Source: a virus
IMG/VR virus record: IMGVR_UViG_3300042351_000809
DNA: 64,000 bases
Reading direction: 5' to 3' (one strand)
Below the pieces are notes generated by a model. It ran no database searches. It was not told the DNA's origin and saw only the letters and a program-made list of their open reading frames with translations. The position numbers were made by a program, and so were the translations under genes. Shown here piece by piece: positions 59,370 through 64,000 of the stretch. Within the stretch, counting starts at the first letter, position 1. Every line of letters begins with the position of its first letter.

Positions 59370-60110
59370 TTATTTAGTCTAAGATCTGGTAAAATTGTCT
59401 ATGATTAAGTTATTTAGTCTCAAATCGGGCAAAATTGTTTATTATTTCCTAGGGGTTTATATAACCTTATGAGTTATTATTTACTTTTCCCTAGGGTAAA
59501 ATACAATTTAATTCACCAAAACCTACCCCAAATAATAATCATTATTTCGAAAAGTGCCATTTTGCTGGGGTTTTTGCATATTTTTGAATTTGATAGGGAG
59601 TTTTGTTTACTTTTCCCTAGGGGTTTATATAAAAATGAACTTTTGCCTAGGGGTAAATATAAATTTATTGTTATTTAGCAGGGATTAGAATGAAATTTAA
59701 TGATTATTGCGCGAAGAATCTGACAAAATTGCCATTTAAGTGCGTTTTTTTGTGATTTTTGGGGTACTTTGCATTGCAAGGTAGTGAATTAGTAATTATA
59801 TTTTGGGCAAACCCATCATTATCCCCCCCATATCATACAATCCTATCTATTCTTATATACTATTCTACTATATATTACCTATCTTATCTTTATCTATCCT
59901 TAGTATTCTTATAAAGTCAATAAAAAAGACAAAAACCCCAGTAAAACCAGAGTTTTTGCCTTGTTTTCAGAGAGTAAATCTGCCTAGTTTTGCTACTGTT
60001 TTCTCATAGAAAATACAGTAAATACCATGACCATTTTTTTCTATCCTATTAGATACTTTTTGTCTCTTATTTCTATCTATACTATACTATTTCACCCTTA
60101 TCTTAACAAA
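59370..60110. other. AT-rich non-coding tract with short repeats
   Basis: Two ~29-bp imperfect direct repeats (59371, 59411), four CCTAGGG elements, pyrimidine-skewed right half. Confidence 0.6.
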
Positions 60111-60115
60111 GGCGT

Positions 60116-60319
60116 TTAATCCTTTAAAACTATATTAAATAAATCTCCCCCGCGAGCTTTATTATATACCACTTGAAGAGCTTCAGAAGGGGTACAAGTG
60201 TCACAAACTACCTGAGACTTATTAAATTTATCATTAACAAAGTCCCAACCTTTCATCCACGCTTCTTTAGTGTCTTTGAATGTTTCTTTCTTATTGCAAC
60301 CGCAGCACTCAATAATCAT
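60116..60319 (-). CDS. Small zinc-binding hypothetical protein
   Basis: CxxC...GW...CxxC motif. Confidence 0.6.
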   Translation of the reverse strand: MIIECCGCNKKETFKDTKEAWMKGWDFVNDKFNKSQVVCDTCTPSEALQVVYNKARGGDLFNIVLKD

Positions 60320-60321
60320 AG

Positions 60322-60534
60322 TTAATGTGTTTTAAGTTCTTTATTTATTTTAGGAGATTTTGTTGGTGTCCAGTCTATTCTAGCTTTACCATCTGATTTA
60401 AAATTGCCGCATCTTGGGCAAGTGGTATATTTACTATTAACTATTTCGTTACAAGATTGGCAATTATAATTAGTATTTAAATTAGCATCTTTGATTCTAA
60501 CTTGAAGATTAGCATTTTTAGTTTTGTTAGGCAT
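60322..60534 (-). CDS. Zinc-ribbon protein
   Basis: CQSC...CPRCG; start overlaps the upstream gene. Confidence 0.5.
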   Translation of the reverse strand: MPNKTKNANLQVRIKDANLNTNYNCQSCNEIVNSKYTTCPRCGNFKSDGKARIDWTPTKSPKINKELKTH

Positions 60535-61064
60535 TTAGTAGAACCTCTTACTACTGCTTTTATTATAGTATTATAGGGTTTATAAATGTATTTGTAACGC
60601 CAAGTTTGAATAAATTCATGTCTTAGTTTTAGCTTCATCTTGAAAGCTTCATCTTTTTCTTTGCGTTCGCTATTTGGTCTAGCTTCGAAAGTAGTTAGCT
60701 TAACGTCTGTTATTTTACCTTCAATAAATACAGCGTTATATACAATCCAATAATCATAATCAGTCTTATTGGAACTAAGATAATCATAAAATTGAATAGT
60801 ACAGGTTCTATTTACAGTTTCAAGCCAAGTCTTTTTAGTTTTAAGATAGCCTGATTTCTCCAAAAAGCTTTTGCCGTTTGGATCTCCTCCTACCCATTCT
60901 GTTTCTCGACGCTCAATGGATAGTTGACCATCTTTATCGATAATGTAAATATCTAAACTGTTCTCAAAGTCTTTGGTTTGAAAGCCGTATGAGCCAGTGT
61001 ATCCTTTGGGGTCTTCTGGCATTGGCAGTGGATATTCGCATTCTATGCTATCATACATACCCAT
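60477..61064 (-). CDS. Conserved hypothetical phage protein
   Basis: MGMYD.I.C...FQTKD motif. Confidence 0.7.
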   Translation of the reverse strand: MGMYDSIECEYPLPMPEDPKGYTGSYGFQTKDFENSLDIYIIDKDGQLSIERRETEWVGGDPNGKSFLEKSGYLKTKKTWLETVNRTCTIQFYDYLSSNKTDYDYWIVYNAVFIEGKITDVKLTTFEARPNSERKEKDEAFKMKLKLRHEFIQTWRYKYIYKPYNTIIKAVVRGSTKCLTKLKMLIFKLESKMLI

Positions 61065-61065
61065 G

Positions 61066-61293
61066 TTAGTTCCCTCCTTTATCAGCTTTATAATTCATAA
61101 TATCCTTAAAGAATCTGCGAAACGCAAGATAATCTTGATAATCTGCATCATTCATATCTTTAGCATCTACGCGATCCAAATAATCATGAATAATATCTGA
61201 ATAATAAGATGGAATAATGATATTCTTGCCATCAAACTTCAAATCATCCGATACAACAGGATATTTATCTTTAAGATATAATTCTTTTTCCAT
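61066..61293 (-). CDS. Hypothetical protein
   Basis: ORF in operon. Confidence 0.6.
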   Translation of the reverse strand: MEKELYLKDKYPVVSDDLKFDGKNIIIPSYYSDIIHDYLDRVDAKDMNDADYQDYLAFRRFFKDIMNYKADKGGN

Positions 61294-61490
61294 TATAGTT
61301 TCTCTTTGAGAGTGGACTCAGCAGACATTTTTAAATCATTACCATCAAGATTAGAAAACTTATGACGAGTCCCCTTTGCAGGAAGCTCGTCAGTAGTTCC
61401 AAATCTATTAACAAATAGCTCCGCCACTTTGTGCAGCGGGTTTCTATCTTTAATCAGTTGCTTAACATACATTGCCTGTTGGTAAGTCAT
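61293..61490 (-). CDS. Hypothetical protein
   Basis: ORF in operon. Confidence 0.6.
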   Translation of the reverse strand: MTYQQAMYVKQLIKDRNPLHKVAELFVNRFGTTDELPAKGTRHKFSNLDGNDLKMSAESTLKEKL

Positions 61491-61525
61491 AAAAAATTAT
61501 AACCTCCAACGGGCGGAATGTAAAT

Positions 61526-61711
61526 TTATTCTCCCTTTTTAAAGCTGTCTTTGACGCTCAGGAGAAGGTTATGAATAGTATTTAGAGACTCTACTCTATC
61601 CTTGTAAAGTTTTTCAGTTTTATATTTCTCGTCTTCAATTCTTTTAATGAGATCATTTATTTTGTGCATTGTTAGCACTGGCTTGCCTCTTTCAAACTCT
61701 GAGATGTTCAT
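61526..61711 (-). CDS. Hypothetical protein
   Basis: ORF in operon. Confidence 0.55.
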   Translation of the reverse strand: MNISEFERGKPVLTMHKINDLIKRIEDEKYKTEKLYKDRVESLNTIHNLLLSVKDSFKKGE

Positions 61712-61714
61712 ATA

Positions 61715-62044
61715 CTATTGTAATTTTAAGACATACAAACCTCCAGAAAAAGATGCTCTCCAAAAAACACTCCAGAAAGGAGTCTTTTCCATAGCATTAA
61801 TCACTTGTTCATTGCCGCTCCAGCCGCCAGTAGCAATTTCTAACGCTTTGAATTCTTTGTCTTTGAAAGCCGAGAGTTTATTATAATCATTAATAATCTC
61901 CCATCTTCCATAATGTTTATTAAAAGCAGTCTCAGCAAAGGCCAAGAATGATTCAGGCTCCCAGTTATTATTTCTATACCAATAACTGATTAAAGCCAGC
62001 GTTTCATCTGTTGGATAACCGTCTGAATCGAATGTCGCTTTCAT
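61715..62044 (-). CDS. Conserved hypothetical phage protein
   Basis: DGYPT..L and TGGWSGNE motifs. Confidence 0.7.
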   Translation of the reverse strand: MKATFDSDGYPTDETLALISYWYRNNNWEPESFLAFAETAFNKHYGRWEIINDYNKLSAFKDKEFKALEIATGGWSGNEQVINAMEKTPFWSVFWRASFSGGLYVLKLQ

Positions 62045-62232
62045 TTTTTATCAGGACTCCTAAACCACACACAAAATTGCACCAATGTGCGTATCCCCCA
62101 AGCTTGGAGGAGACCAATTTTTTTAGCCATTATTAATTCTGGCATTAGCCAATTCCATAAATAGTAAATACATATTATAGAAATAACATTAACTAATATT
62201 TCTATCAGTATAGCCCTTAATATTATTTTCAT
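62041..62232 (-). CDS. Small membrane protein
   Basis: LWNWLMPEL...I...QAWG motif. Confidence 0.65.
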   Translation of the reverse strand: MKIILRAILIEILVNVISIICIYYLWNWLMPELIMAKKIGLLQAWGIRTLVQFCVWFRSPDKK

Positions 62233-62804
62233 AGGCTATCGTATAAATCTTTTATCCACTTGTTGCGCTGCTTGATATTATTAAGATCTTTGGCTTCATA
62301 TTCTTTATGATATTCAATAGATCTATTGTGTTCCGCAAGCTTCTTTTTTACATAATCTTTGTAAGTCATGGCATAAAGAGAAGCCAATTCGCTTTCATAA
62401 AAACTAACTCCACAATCAAAACTGCTTGAATCAGTCAACTGTTCAATCATAAAAGCTTTTAGTCTCTCATGTTCTTTAGTGGGCGGTTGCCAATTCTTGG
62501 CTTTTTCAAGAATATCGGAGTAACGCTTTTTTAGTTCGTTTTTTTCTTTGATGCTTTTTTCGTAATCAGCTATCGTTTCCTTAATGTAAGAATCAAATTG
62601 AGCTTTAGTAGGCTTTTCAAATTTCTTTAGCTCCTTTAGCTTCTCTGTATGATAAGACTCTTCTGGCATGATCTTTGGCTTTACGTCAGCAGGATCATCG
62701 CGTTGCATTACACAAGCACCGAACGCTCTAGCACAACCTAGAGCGAAGTCCTTGAATGTTACTTCTTTACCATAATATATATTTTCTGTGTATCCAGAGG
62801 GCAT
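62229..62804 (-). CDS. Conserved hypothetical phage protein
   Basis: MPSGYT, CARAFGA and WQPPT.EH..LK.FM.EQL motifs. Confidence 0.7.
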   Translation of the reverse strand: MPSGYTENIYYGKEVTFKDFALGCARAFGACVMQRDDPADVKPKIMPEESYHTEKLKELKKFEKPTKAQFDSYIKETIADYEKSIKEKNELKKRYSDILEKAKNWQPPTKEHERLKAFMIEQLTDSSSFDCGVSFYESELASLYAMTYKDYVKKKLAEHNRSIEYHKEYEAKDLNNIKQRNKWIKDLYDSL

Positions 62805-62806
62805 AA

Positions 62807-63277
62807 TTATTCTTTATTTAGGTTTAGTTCGCGGAGTTCTTTATCGTCTACAAAAACAAAATCGTCCTTAATCTTTAAAGATTCGTGATGGGTTTTTTGC
62901 CAGCCTTTAACATTATAGCCAACATTTTCAGTCTTACCAGTAGTTTCACAAATATATCCGCTAAGATATTCAACAAATGATATCACTGCGGCAATATGTT
63001 CATCACCGCCGCTATAATAAAATCTAAGAGTTCTAAATTTTTCTTTTACTTGAAAAGCTTTAACTTGAGGTATCTCTTTATATTCTTCAGGATATTTATT
63101 AACCCAAGAATTATTGCTATTGATATAATTTTGAATATATTGACTAAGGCGCACTAGTATATTAAACCAGCCATCGTCGCATTCAAAACCAAATAAAGTA
63201 TACGGATGATTTTCCCCGCAATTTGTGTAGATTTCAGGAAAAGTTTTCTGCAAATACTCTTCTCTTTCTTTTGTCAT
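62807..63277 (-). CDS. Conserved hypothetical phage protein
   Basis: C.DGW and QVKEKF.TLRFY motifs. Confidence 0.7.
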   Translation of the reverse strand: MTKEREEYLQKTFPEIYTNCGENHPYTLFGFECDDGWFNILVRLSQYIQNYINSNNSWVNKYPEEYKEIPQVKAFQVKEKFRTLRFYYSGGDEHIAAVISFVEYLSGYICETTGKTENVGYNVKGWQKTHHESLKIKDDFVFVDDKELRELNLNKE

Positions 63278-63279
63278 AA

Positions 63280-63687
63280 TTAGAATTTAATTTTCTTAGA
63301 CTTTCTGCTGCAATTCCATGAGTCAGGGGCAAAATAAACTACTGCTTGATATTTCAGATTATGAAAACAAACATAATCCATTTTCTTATTAAAATCATCG
63401 TAATCCAACTTAACTGAAATACGAGGATTCATTTGGCAATCGTCAATTTTATATGGGTAATCTCTGAATTCTAGCTGTACGCCCACAATTTTATCGTTGC
63501 TGTAAGTAACGCAGCCTTGCGAAGCGTATTTGAGTTTATAACTATCTGTTTTACTATTCCAATCAACGACAACAGCAACAAAGCCATTCTCCATTTCGTA
63601 AGCGTCAATAATCTTTGCGCCGAAACCAATTTTGTCGAGATGATCCAACTCCTGATCAATAAAGCTGAACTCAAGATATGCTCTCAT
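63280..63687 (-). CDS. Hypothetical protein (leaderless)
   Basis: ATG 6 nt after TTGACT-16-CATACT. Confidence 0.65.
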   Translation of the reverse strand: MRAYLEFSFIDQELDHLDKIGFGAKIIDAYEMENGFVAVVVDWNSKTDSYKLKYASQGCVTYSNDKIVGVQLEFRDYPYKIDDCQMNPRISVKLDYDDFNKKMDYVCFHNLKYQAVVYFAPDSWNCSRKSKKIKF

Positions 63688-63717
63688 GTGGGCAGTATGA
63701 ACTATGTGCGGCAGAAG

Positions 63718-64000
63718 TCAAGACTTTTTTTGCACGGCGAAGTCTTCAATGTCAACTTCAACGTATTGTATAATACCAAGCTTTTCAAGTTCGTCTCTTA
63801 ATTCTTTTATAATTCTAGAATCTACATAAGCATGGTGGTGAGTATGAGTCAGTGCGTTTTTTTTGAGAATATATTGATTGATAGCTGCCCCAATAGGCCG
63901 CTCATGAAGATGATTCAAAAGAGCAGCTTTAGCAAATCCTTTATTGCGCCAAACTGTTTTTTTGCTGGCTGTAGTAATAAATTCGCCATTAAATTTAATT
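63718..64000 (-). CDS. Hypothetical protein, 5' end outside the window
   Basis: Frame of the 63718-63918 ORF stays open to the window edge (IKFNGEFITTASKKTVW...). Confidence 0.6.
   Translation of the reverse strand, partial: IKFNGEFITTASKKTVWRNKGFAKAALLNHLHERPIGAAINQYILKKNALTHTHHHAYVDSRIIKELRDELEKLGIIQYVEVDIEDFAVQKKS

Noticed and set aside
1-64000. Stop-codon reassignment
   Set aside because: Genes are long and tightly packed in the standard code; TAA, TAG and TGA all end genes; no suppressor tRNA.

Overview
The window is part of a large, AT-rich tailed dsDNA bacteriophage genome (Caudoviricetes), standard genetic code. 1-44.3 kb is a mostly minus-strand late module: tail chaperone/tube/neck genes, Ig- and LamG-domain proteins, two ~2600-aa fibres, major capsid, head decoration, protease/scaffold, portal, large terminase, ERCC4 nuclease, a phage sigma factor, PhoH and HNH. 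Many of these genes are preceded by a GTGTAA-type motif. 44.6-56.3 kb is very different. Fifteen copies of a 39-bp dyad (AGAGTTGC-N7-GGGSWSCCC-N7-GCAACTCT) separate 14 transcription units, each with a sigma70-type promoter, 1-5 small genes (the first often leaderless) and usually a terminator. The units lie in both orientations and differ strongly in GC, so the region looks like a repeat-delimited gene-cassette array. Eight sigma54 (-24/-12) motifs are packed around the first two repeats, not positioned to drive any gene. 56.4-59.1 kb holds 7 tRNAs (including tRNA-Ile(UAU) next to a likely Ile2(CAU)), several unannotated structured elements and an HNH gene. A repeat-rich AT tract and small hypothetical genes follow. 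Host is inferred, not shown: possibly Verrucomicrobiota/PVC. Family assignments are from motif recognition by eye, without database searches.
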